This document shows positions 27,246 through 37,500 of a DNA stretch of 64,000 bases, in pieces. The first letter of the stretch is position 1; each line of letters begins with the position of its first letter. Position numbers and translations under genes: made by a program. The notes beneath the pieces are model-generated. The model ran no database searches and was not told where the DNA came from. It was given only the letters and a program-made list of their open reading frames with translations. This DNA comes from a virus: positions 75,855 to 139,854 of the IMG/VR virus record IMGVR_UViG_3300044971_002537; one strand, given 5' to 3'.

Positions 27246-28187
27246 ATGTCATTAAAAGGTTTTGTTAGGTTGGGGGATTCTACTCTCACCAATGATATAC
27301 AAGAGAATCTGGTCTCATATTTAGACTACAACCTTCTCCAGATGGGGAATTTTGTTGATGTTCCCGTTCCATCTACGGGACTTTATGGGGGAGTTGATAG
27401 TAGGCTTCGCTTGGTAGATGATCCTCGGTATACATCTGGACAGGTCTGGGCCACCTTCAGGCCAAATCTAGTTTGGGAATCTGGAGTCGGAGCCCTAACT
27501 TCTACTAATCCAGCCTATCCGGGGGTTTCTGGGGTTCGTGTTAATTCAACTCTATATCCACCCTCTACTACTGGTACTTATGCCTATCATGTTGACCACA
27601 TAAATGGGGCAGTAAGGTTTGATACAGCTATAGCCGCAAGCTCTGTAGTAGAAATGGCCTACTCCTATAAGTATGTGAGTGTTACACGCTCAGATGGGCT
27701 GGGCTGGTTTAAGCAGCTACAGGAGAGATCTGAGAGATCCAATGGGGACTTCGCCTCACAAAGTGGGATCTATGAACTCCTGCCCGAAAACCGCCAAGCT
27801 CTCCCGGTAATAGGCGTTGAATTGGCGGGGCGTAGGTTGGCCCCATATCAGTTGGGAGGTGGCCAATTGGTCGAAACAGATTTCTACTGCCATTGTGTGG
27901 CGGAAGACTCCTACACGCGGGATTCCCTTGTGGATGCCCTTACATACCAATCTAAAGCCTCCATGAAGATGTATGATCTTAACGAAATCGCAGACGCTGA
28001 TGATTTCCCCCTAGATTACCGGGGAGTCCCAAATTCTGGGGCAAAAACCTACCCCGATTTGTGTAGCACATATTCTGGCAGAACCATGTATATCAAAGAT
28101 GCGAAGCTGGATTCTGTATACTCGTTGGGCACCCTAAAAATTGGCACAGTTAAAATTACCACTGAGGTAATTCATTTTGGCGTATAA
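27246..28187 (+). CDS. Putative tail terminator protein
   Basis: Immediately upstream of the tail tube; LPVIGVE...PYQLGGG...AED...RD.L.D pattern. Confidence 0.55.
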   Translation: MSLKGFVRLGDSTLTNDIQENLVSYLDYNLLQMGNFVDVPVPSTGLYGGVDSRLRLVDDPRYTSGQVWATFRPNLVWESGVGALTSTNPAYPGVSGVRVNSTLYPPSTTGTYAYHVDHINGAVRFDTAIAASSVVEMAYSYKYVSVTRSDGLGWFKQLQERSERSNGDFASQSGIYELLPENRQALPVIGVELAGRRLAPYQLGGGQLVETDFYCHCVAEDSYTRDSLVDALTYQSKASMKMYDLNEIADADDFPLDYRGVPNSGAKTYPDLCSTYSGRTMYIKDAKLDSVYSLGTLKIGTVKITTEVIHFGV

Positions 28188-28192
28188 ATAGT
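28181..28192 (+). promoter_or_regulatory. Putative phage promoter (CGTATAAATA)
   Basis: CGTATAAATAGT overlapping the upstream stop; contains the exact T4 late-promoter string TATAAATA. Confidence 0.6.
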
Positions 28193-28221
28193 TAGAAGTT
28201 CCTTTTTACTGGAGAAAATAA

Positions 28222-29430
28222 ATGGCGTTTAATACAAGTTCAAATAAGCGTGTTTTTTACGCCACTCAAGGTGTTGCTATCGGCGACATGGGGGCTACTG
28301 GCGTAAAAGATGCATGGGGCACCAGCAATGCTGGAACCGATTTTAATGGTTCCGGCAATATGATCATCATGCATGGTCTTCAGAGCCTTGGGGTTAATAC
28401 CAACTTCAGTCTTGAAGCCGTGCAGGAATTGGGTCAGCTTTCGATCTATGAGAACGTGGAAGAAGTTCCGGATGTCGAGGCGACTATGGAGCGTCTGCTG
28501 GATGGCTACACGATGGCCTATCATGCTGCCACTATTACTGCTAGCGATCCTACCCTTTCTGGCAGAGCCAACGCGAGAGCCGACCTCAGAATGATTATCG
28601 GTCTCGATACTGACTCTGCTGTAACTAGTGGTGATAGTTTGGCCGCTGAGTTGTATTGTTCAGGTATGTATTGGTCTTCAGTTAGTATCAATCTTCCGAC
28701 AGATGGAAATTTCACTGAGAGCCTGACTCTTGTTGGGAACAACAAGAAGTGGATCTCCACAACTGGAACCGCCGGTATTCTACTTGGTGCTGGTGGAGTT
28801 GTCAACTCTGTCTTCGCATTCGGGGATGACTCACCTGATTCGCCAGATAGTGGTGTCCTGCGAAGAAACAACTTCCTGACCGGATCAGACTTAGTGACTC
28901 GCGGTGGCAATAGTTTCGTTACCGTCCTTCCGAGTTTTATCACTGGTATTTCTAATAACGGACCATCCACCGGAGCTAACGGAGCATCGACCTTCAAGAA
29001 TTGTGGGACAATCAATACTGCCGACGTTCACGTTCAGTCTATCAGTTTCTCAGTTGATGCTGGCCGCGAAGCGATCAACCAGCTTGGTACTTATGCCCCA
29101 TACTACAGATACGTTAACTTCCCAGTCAACGTAACAACTGAGATTGAGGTGATTGCAGTTGGTGGGGACAATATCAACGCTGTCGAAGACGTACCTAGCG
29201 GTGGTAACTTGTCAAACCATACCATTCAGGTATGTCTTGATGACTCAACCGTGATTCAGGTTGGCAACAAGAACAAGCTAACTAGCGTAAGCTATGGTGG
29301 TGGGGACGCTGGTGGGGGCAACGCCTCTATCACATACTCAATGCAGAACAACAACGACTTCGTAGTTCTACACTCTGGAGACCCAATGGGGCTTGAGGCT
29401 GGTAGCTACTTTAAGTACTGGTTTACGTAG
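28222..29430 (+). CDS. Major tail tube protein
   Basis: HGLQS.G.NTNF.LE.V.ELGQL, with an internal echo HVQSISFS....RE.I.QLG; own promoter motif and downstream hairpin; precedes chaperones and tape measure. Confidence 0.8.
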   Translation: MAFNTSSNKRVFYATQGVAIGDMGATGVKDAWGTSNAGTDFNGSGNMIIMHGLQSLGVNTNFSLEAVQELGQLSIYENVEEVPDVEATMERLLDGYTMAYHAATITASDPTLSGRANARADLRMIIGLDTDSAVTSGDSLAAELYCSGMYWSSVSINLPTDGNFTESLTLVGNNKKWISTTGTAGILLGAGGVVNSVFAFGDDSPDSPDSGVLRRNNFLTGSDLVTRGGNSFVTVLPSFITGISNNGPSTGANGASTFKNCGTINTADVHVQSISFSVDAGREAINQLGTYAPYYRYVNFPVNVTTEIEVIAVGGDNINAVEDVPSGGNLSNHTIQVCLDDSTVIQVGNKNKLTSVSYGGGDAGGGNASITYSMQNNNDFVVLHSGDPMGLEAGSYFKYWFT

Positions 29431-29458
29431 GCCTTAGCTGCGTGAACCTTCGGACTTG

Positions 29459-29485
29459 ATGGGGGCGAAAGCCCCCATTCTCGTA
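29459..29485 (+). terminator. GAAA-tetraloop hairpin after the tail tube gene (terminator-like, weak U tract)
   Basis: ATGGGGGC-GAAA-GCCCCCAT then TCTCGT. Confidence 0.6.
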
Positions 29486-29543
29486 TAAGGACTTTAGGAG
29501 GGCGAAGCCCATCATACAGGAACTGCTGTCTAACACGACGCTA

Positions 29544-30458
29544 TTGGCTTTTAAAAAGCCGATCAGGATCGCCAATTTCTCCCCTATAGAGAAGGCTGAA
29601 GCTTCGGCTTATGCCGAAGCGGTCTACGACGAATGCTTTGAGTCTGGGTCTTTCAGTAAAGAAGAATTGGCCGATTATTTGATGGAGATTGGCCTATGGA
29701 CTCAGCAGCAAGAGGAAGACTACCTTAAAGGGTTTGAAGATTTGCAGCAAATGAAAATGGATTATTTTGAAGCGTTCGCTCTGGAAACCAAACGCACGAA
29801 GATCAAGAAGGCGATCGACGCCAAAATGTATCAATTGAACATCGCATTTCAGAAGAAAATCTACCTAAGCGAATACACTTGCGAATATGCTAGGGATGAG
29901 GCTTATGCATATTATTTATTCAGAGATAAAGACGCCCCGTTTGCGTTTTCTAGGAAATTTTTAAGTTCTAGGATGTCAGAGGAAGATATCAGGGCTTTGT
30001 ATTTTGACAGTACTTGGAGAATGATATGGGGAGTTTCTAAAGACGCCAAATCTATTTTTGGGGTAAGTTCAAACCAGCTCAACGACAATCAGCTTAGTCT
30101 ACTTTACTGGAGTAAGCTATACGACAATATTGGTGAATCTATGGATGCCCCAAGTAATGCAGTCATGAAAGACCCACTAGCTGTTGATGGTTGGTTTATT
30201 AAACAGGCCAAAAAGAGAGAGACCGAAGACAAGAAAAATGCCCTTCCGGATCAGAACGCTGGGGAGGTCTTCGTTATGGCTTCTAGCCAGAAGGAGATTA
30301 AAGAGATTAATAGTCTAAATAGCGCAGAAGGTAAGCAGATTCTAAAGTCTAGGGCTAAAGATTTAGTCGCTAAAGGTGAGCTTGATGAGCGTCAGTTCTC
30401 GCACGTAAAACAAGAGATAGGCATCAAAAAGAACGAATTAAGTTTCAGAGGCAAATAA
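29544..30458 (+). CDS. Putative tail assembly chaperone (start uncertain)
   Basis: Helical protein between tail tube and tape measure; the frame is open back to 29460. Confidence 0.55.
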   Translation: MAFKKPIRIANFSPIEKAEASAYAEAVYDECFESGSFSKEELADYLMEIGLWTQQQEEDYLKGFEDLQQMKMDYFEAFALETKRTKIKKAIDAKMYQLNIAFQKKIYLSEYTCEYARDEAYAYYLFRDKDAPFAFSRKFLSSRMSEEDIRALYFDSTWRMIWGVSKDAKSIFGVSSNQLNDNQLSLLYWSKLYDNIGESMDAPSNAVMKDPLAVDGWFIKQAKKRETEDKKNALPDQNAGEVFVMASSQKEIKEINSLNSAEGKQILKSRAKDLVAKGELDERQFSHVKQEIGIKKNELSFRGK

Positions 30459-30489
30459 ATTTGCCTCAACAAGGATTGAGAGGTTAAAA

Positions 30490-30738
30490 ATGGGAAACGG
30501 GGCAGTACAACTTTATCAGGCGGTGCGGAAACGCATCATGACAACAATGATTGGGGCTCTTGCAAGTTTGGAAGAGTTCAAAGAAATTTTTGAGGAGGAT
30601 GAATATGAAGGACTAAGAAAAGACATTTTGGACAAGGGCCATTTTCAGATCAGGGAATTGGAACGGGATTTAGACGGGTACGATATCAAATACAAGACAG
30701 TTTACTTTATGCCACTTAGGAGAGATCATGGAAAATAG
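30490..30738 (+). CDS. Small hypothetical protein in the chaperone region
   Basis: GAGG RBS; 82 aa, helical. Confidence 0.6.
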   Translation: MGNGAVQLYQAVRKRIMTTMIGALASLEEFKEIFEEDEYEGLRKDILDKGHFQIRELERDLDGYDIKYKTVYFMPLRRDHGK

Positions 30739-31510
30739 ATTCACAGTTGGGGAAAAAGATTATTTTATCAAGCTTACCCCACAAGCCGTTGCAGAAGGAA
30801 AAAAGGCCCATAATAGAGCCTTTAGGGAAGCTATTGATGATGGGGCACTTCTTAAGAAGAGCCTCATGAACCATATGCGAGAACAGGGCGTATGGAATGA
30901 CAGCAAAGAGGAAAACTATAAACAATTCATCAAAGAAATTGGTGAACTTGAATATAAGTTGTCTTCTGGAAAAATGAAAGTTAGTGAGGGTAAAACTCTT
31001 GCAATTCAACTTTCTAAAAAGCGTGCAGAATTTAGATCTCTTATTTCTGAGCGTAATCAGATGGAGGCAAATTCTGTCGAGGCCCAAGCAGATAACGCTA
31101 GATTCAATGCCCTTTTGGCAAAATCTATCTTTGATTATGACACTCAGAAATTAGTCTATGATTCTGTAGAGTCTTATGTCGAAAAGGGCTCTGACGAGCT
31201 AGGCATTGCACTCGCAGAAAAGTTTGCGAATTTTATCTACGGTGTAGACGAGAAATATGAAGATTCATTGGTAGAAAACAAGTTTTTGAAGCGATTCAAG
31301 CTTGTCAATGAATCTGGCCATTTCATCGATAAAGCTGGTCGCCTAGTCGATATCGATGGGCGTCAAGTCGACGAAGATGGATATAGGCTCGACAAGGACG
31401 GAAAGAGGATTGACCTAAATGGTAATCCGATAGGACTAAATATAGAAGATGCCGAGTTTGAGGATGATTTTAACTGTGATCCTGCACCTACGGAACCTGT
31501 AGAAGCTTAG
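30728..31510 (+). CDS. Putative tail assembly chaperone
   Basis: Directly upstream of the tape measure; coiled coil plus C-terminal (D/N)xxG-xx-(V/I/L) turn repeats. Confidence 0.55.
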   Translation: MENRFTVGEKDYFIKLTPQAVAEGKKAHNRAFREAIDDGALLKKSLMNHMREQGVWNDSKEENYKQFIKEIGELEYKLSSGKMKVSEGKTLAIQLSKKRAEFRSLISERNQMEANSVEAQADNARFNALLAKSIFDYDTQKLVYDSVESYVEKGSDELGIALAEKFANFIYGVDEKYEDSLVENKFLKRFKLVNESGHFIDKAGRLVDIDGRQVDEDGYRLDKDGKRIDLNGNPIGLNIEDAEFEDDFNCDPAPTEPVEA

Positions 31511-31531
31511 TAACTTTTATGTGGAGTAGTC

Positions 31532-34500
31532 ATGGCCCTTTACGACATATCTGCTAGGTTAGTACTAGAAAATGTAGATAGCTCTTCTGTCGACAGGGCC
31601 ATTTCTAATATAAACTCACGCCTAGAAAAAGGCACTAGGACAGCTAAAACCTTTTCTGAGACTATAACCCTTAAAGGAATAAATTTAGCTGCTTACACTG
31701 CACTCAGCGGGGTAATGGTTAGACTTGCTTCTTTTGTATCTAGTGCTACAAATGATGCTATTAAGTTTGATAAAGAATTAGCTAAATTAGCTCAAACAGT
31801 AGGAGTTAGTAATCAGGACATAAAACAACATTCTGAGTCTATTAGAAATATGTCTGTTGCTTATGGTCTATCCGCCCCAAAAATCGCAGAGACTATAAGA
31901 GTTCTGGCCCAAGCCGGTTATTCTCTAAGAGAAGCTAAAGCTGCTGCTGATGAATTAGCCAAAACAACATTGTTAGCCTCATTTGAGAGCATAGCAAACA
32001 CTACAGAAGGTTTGATTGCTATCAACAAGCAGTTCACTGAGACTGTTGGGCAGTCTGCGAGAGTTCTTTCTTTACTGAATGTGGTTGCTAAGAAGTACGC
32101 TGTTGAATCTGATGACTTGGTCGATGCGGCCAAGCGGGCGGGCGGTGTTTTTGCGGCAACTGGTGGGTCTTTAGAAGAACTTGTGACTATTTACACAACA
32201 GTCAGAGATACTACCAGAGAAAGCTCTGAGACTATCGCGACGGGTCTTAGAACAATCTTCTCTCGTCTGCAGCGGCCTAAAACGATTGACTACCTACGCC
32301 AATTTGGCATAGAGCTTACAGACCTTAAAGGGAACTTCATTGGTAACTATGAAGCCATTCTTGAAATTCAGAAGGGGATACAAAGAGCCAATATTCAGCC
32401 CGGATCTATCCAGTTCGCTGAAATAGTTGAACAGCTTGGTGGTGTTTTGCAGCAGTCGAGAGTCATTCCTCTTTTGACTCAAGGTGCCAAGATGCAGAGG
32501 ATTTATGCAGATGCTCAGAATGCTGCCTCTGAGACTGCTGCCGACTTGGCCAAGGCTCAAGAGACATTAGCTTTTAAGATAACTCAAACTCAGCAGAACT
32601 TTTCAAAGCTGATTGGGGATATCATGGATACTGCCTCCTTTAAAGCTATGGTCTCTGTGGTTTTGTCTTTGACTAATGCATTCATCGGGTTCGCTGATTC
32701 TATCAAGGAGCTTATTCCACTTATAGCTACTTTGGGGGCAATTAAGTTAGCAAGATCAGCTTTTCAGGTGTTGCCGGGTTCTAGTTTTGGTAGTATGAGG
32801 ACTCCTATCAAGAGAGCAAGAGGTGGGTTTGTTCCCGGTAGCGGGAGTGGGGACACTGTACCGGCTATGTTGGAGCCCGGCGAATTCGTTATCAGGAAGA
32901 GTGCGGCTCAGGCGATGGGGGCTGACGCTTTGCATGGGATCAATAAATATGGCTTTGGGGGCACAGTAGAGAAATTAAGCGATTCTTATAAGAGCATTAA
33001 AACCCTTAAAGGCTTTAAAGATTCTTCAGGTAATATTAGTGCTCTAGCTAAAAGAAAAATGAATTATACGGCTAATTTTAAAAACGTAATACCAAATCAG
33101 AAAGATATTGAGCTATTCCATAAATTGAGTGGCCCGTATGGAAAAAGATTTGAGCAGGTTCTATCTAAGAGTAGAAGATTTAAAACTGGTCGGCCATCTA
33201 CTAATCCATATGCATATGTAGATTTTCCATATTCTCCCGGAGGTGCTTCTGAAGCTAAATTCATGAAGGAGGGAACCACGTATAGTGATGATGATAATAT
33301 AAAGGGGGCAACACATGCAGGTATTGCTGCGAAGGCCCTATTATTATCTGCTTCTAATAACGCGAACAGAAGAATACGAGGAATGGAGATTAGGCAGAAG
33401 GATCTTAGTCCAAAATCTGTTACTACGTATGTAACCGATCCAGATTTATGGACGATGAAGCGGAAAAAGAAAGTGGGTATAAGAAGGGCTACTGGTGGTG
33501 GAATTTCTGGTACAGATACAGTGCCAGCACTGCTTACTCCCGGCGAGTTTGTCGTTAACAAGAAGTCCGCACAAGCATTTGGTTATGGAAATCTCCATAA
33601 GGTCAATAAATATGCTAAGGGAGGAACTGTTTCTGGTATACAGAGATTTTTTGAAGGTGGCGTTGCTGAAAAAGATGTTGTTAGAGCGCAAGGAAATGTG
33701 ATAAAAGACCTTGAGCATGCTAGTAGGGTCTTTACAGGTGTGCTAGAGTTGATGCCCGAAACTCTCCAAAACAGTATATTGAGCACATTCAAAGGCATTG
33801 AGAATGTTCAAGCTGGTGCATCGCCCCAACTTGGAAGCTCAAAAGCTTTTGGAGAAGGCACTCGGGGTAGAGCTACAGTTGGAGATAGTGCATCTTCTAT
33901 AGGCTTACAGATTCAGGGAGCAAAAACAAGTGCTACTGAAGAGACTGTTGTGCATGAGGCTACGCACCTAGGTGATGCAGCACTTGGAGCAGCTAGGGCC
34001 AACAAGGAGGGCTATGCAGGACCCAAATTAGCTAGTCAGCAAGAAGGAACATTTCAATTTGATGTGGTGGAAAAGGTAAAGCCAATAATGCAGGCCGCTA
34101 TGGAAGCTGCTGGACATTCTGCTGAAAATATTGAAAAATACTTAGCCAAAAATGAAGAACTATTTGCTGAATTTGCTGCGAAGGCCACTCCAGAAGTAAG
34201 AAAAATTTTATTTAGCACTACAGATGCCGCCATCGGTATGGCCGAGTTAAGAAGCCACCTAGAAAAAGCTGGAAGCACTTATGCTGGTCTTGAGGCTTCA
34301 GATATAGATCTAAGGCCATATAAATCGCAAGAAGTAAGACAAGATGAAAATTTAGCTATTACAGCATTAAATTCCCCTGTTAATAAAACTTCATCTGTCA
34401 GCAGCAGACCTTTGGCTAAAGAATTTGGACCTGAGATAGGACGGCTTGGTAAATCTGTTTCAGAGGAACAGACTAAGCTAAAGGCTATACAGGAACAAAA

Positions 34501-37500
34501 GGCACAAGTTTCAACTAGGCCGGGAGAATCTTCCAAGGAATTAGGTAAGCTTAATGAGGCAGAAGCAAAATCAATTGAGACAATTGATAAACTTAATAAA
34601 GAAAGAGATGCATTACGTTCTGTAATCATTGAAGAGAAAAATAATCTAACTAAGGGACTAAAGTCCGGAACAGCTTCTACTTTTAGGGAATCTGTTCCAT
34701 TAGCACCTGCTGTTAATAAGCCAGTCGTGCCCCCTAATCCAGCTATGGCTGCGTTTGCTAAAATGGCTCAGTCCGGTCCGAATGGCCCTAACGGTCCGAA
34801 TGGCCCAAATGGCCCGAAAGATAATAGTACAGTTGAAAAAGAAATAGAAGAAAGGGGTAAGAATTTAACTGGAACATTCTCTACATTGGCTTTGGTTGTA
34901 TCTGGAGTCGCTTCTCAATATGTAGATCAAGAAACAGCAACTGGTAGAGCAATTGGAGGAATATTAGATTTTGTGTCTGTTCTTTCTGCTGCTCAGCTTA
35001 CTTTGTCTCAATTCGGCATAGATCTTGACCCAAAAAAGATTTTTGATATTGGAAAAGACCTATTTACCGGAAAAGGTGCTAAATTAGCTGAACAAGTAAC
35101 TGGTGGGGCGAGACAAGTTGGGAAAAGCGTGTTTGGAGCTGGTAAATATGTACAGGGGATTGGTGGCAAACTTGGCCAAGGGGTAGTTGGAAAGGCCGTC
35201 ACTGGATTAGGATCACAACTTCAAACAGTAGGTGTTGGAGTTGGATCTAAAACTGCTTCTGCTGCTATTGGTACTAAGGTTGCATCTGCCGCTACTGCAG
35301 CAGCTCCATTTGTAATCGCAGGAGCATCTGTTCTAGCATTCGGGAAAGGCTTAGATTATCTACTTGGCAGAGAGCAAGAGGCTGCTAAAGCTATTGAAGA
35401 AGGCAATATAGCAAAAGCTGGAGAGACGGCAGTATCTGTTCAGGCTCAAAATGATCTTACGGCTCTGGCTACTGGGGCCGCAGTAGTGGCGACAGCATTT
35501 GGAGGCCCGTTAGTGGGTGCTGCTGTTGGCGTAGCTGTAAAACTTGCTGGGTTTATACCGGGTGTAGAATATGCTATTGGGGGCCTTAGAAATTTAGGAG
35601 CTGAGCTTGGACTACTAGAATCAACGACATCTATAGCTGCTAAGGCTCAATTTGAAGCTGCAAAAAAGAACGCCGAGAAAACAAGAGAAAAGGGACAAGA
35701 GCGACTTACAAAGCTTTCCTCAAAAGTAAAAGACAAAGAATCGGCAGATAAGGTTTTAAATAGTTCTGAGACTAAAGCAAATGTAGCTGCCGCTATCAAG
35801 GTTGCAAATGAAGCAAAAGCAGTAATTGCAGAAAACGATAAAGCGAATGTAAAAGATGCTTCAAATCTATCATATATAAAATCGTCTTCTAGAGCGGCCA
35901 GTGGTGCCGGTGGGCCGCTTGCTGGAAGTCTTGTAAAATTTTTAGGTAGCTTTGTTGCTTCAGAAGAAGAGACTAAAGCGAGAGATGAAGATAGTACAAA
36001 AAGGAAACAGGAAAGCCAAGCTGAGGCTAAAAAAAGTTTAGAACTTATTATGCCCGCTATTGATTTCAAGATGGGTGAATCTGCTGATGCTGGTAAGGGT
36101 TGGACAGAATTTTTAGATAGCTTAGGAGAAAATAAAGCACTTGTTTTAGCTTCTGGAGAAGCTACTAATTTACAAGAAAAATTTGATGAGTTAGCAATTG
36201 CTGCAAAAACCGAAGCCGCTATAAGGGCTGTACTAAATGCACAGATGCAAAAACAACTTATTACTACTACCGGGATTGCTGAAGCTAATAAAAAAGCAAT
36301 TGCCGCATCTGAACTTGGAAACGTAGTCTCTGGTTTAGCTTCTGATAGCTTTAGGGGCTCTTCTCTTTCTTCAGCCGCTTCTAGTGAAGACATAGATAAG
36401 CAATCTAGGGCTGCTGAGGCACTAGGAATAAAGGGCTATAAAGAAAATGTTTCTGCGGTCACAAAAGGCAAGTCAGAGATGACTAAGCTAGAAACCGCTT
36501 TTGCTACTGCAACTCCCGAGAAAAGACAGGCAGCTCAAGACGCTATAACAGCTAAAAAGAAAGAAATAATTAATGCGACTGGTGGAGATGCTACTGGACT
36601 AGAAGGTGAAGCTCTTGATAAGGCCTATGAATCTACCATTGAAGGTTCAGATAAGCTTAAAAACAGTCTAATAGAAGCCGCTAAGAACACAGAAACTGCA
36701 ATTAATTCATACATAGATAGTGTATCGCGAGCTTCTCAAGCTCAGACAGCATACAATGAGGCAGTATTTAATAATGCTCAAGCTGCTCAGAATAGACAGA
36801 AAGATTTACAATCATTCAAGGTTGGTGGATCTACTATATCTGAAATTAGAGATAGAAAATCGGCTATAAGCACTAATGACGCTAGGGCGAATGCTTCTAG
36901 ATTAAATTTTGTAGGAACATCAAGCAGGCTTGCTTCTACAGGAATTAAAATAGCACAAACGCAAGCTCAAGGAAATATAGTCAGTCCAGAGCTTGCTAAC
37001 ACGTTTGCTGCCCTACAAATAAAAGCTAAGGAACAGGCAGATGCTATAGGGCTAGAAACTAAAAATAGGCAAGCTCTTATAGAGGCAATAAAAGAAGAGA
37101 TGGAGATTGAAAAGAATCGCGGTCAAACATTTGAGGATTTGAATCTTGCTCTCAGCGGAGGACTTGGAAAGCAAGCGAAGAAGGAGGCAGAAAAACAGGT
37201 TAAGGCAATCAGCAGGGTTGAAGAAATTAGAAAGACCCAAGGAGACGAAGCTGCAAATGCCCAACTCGGTAAAGAAATAGACCGGGGTACTCTAAATAGA
37301 CAGATGTACACTAGCGTAATCCAAACAGAAGAAAGCCAAAGATTTAATCAGAGTGCTTCTATGATGGGAGCTAATCGTTTTGAGAGTATAGCTGGTCCCG
37401 GAGCGATTACACAAGACTCAAGATCTATAGCTACTGGAAGAATGACAGAAAGACAAAAGCAGCTCCAAGGAGAAGCCACATCTCAAACTTCTCAAATAGA

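Noticed and set aside
29544-31510. Programmed -1 frameshift between tail chaperones
   Set aside because: No convincing in-frame slippery heptamer found near the ORF ends; the second and third ORFs have their own starts.
27246-31510. Contractile tail sheath or baseplate wedge genes
   Set aside because: No sheath-sized gene with sheath motifs next to the tube, and no baseplate J-like protein recognised.
35647-36393. 248-aa antisense ORF and the many other short shadow ORFs in the track
   Set aside because: They lie within or opposite well-supported genes, lack motifs and reflect codon bias of the sense strand.
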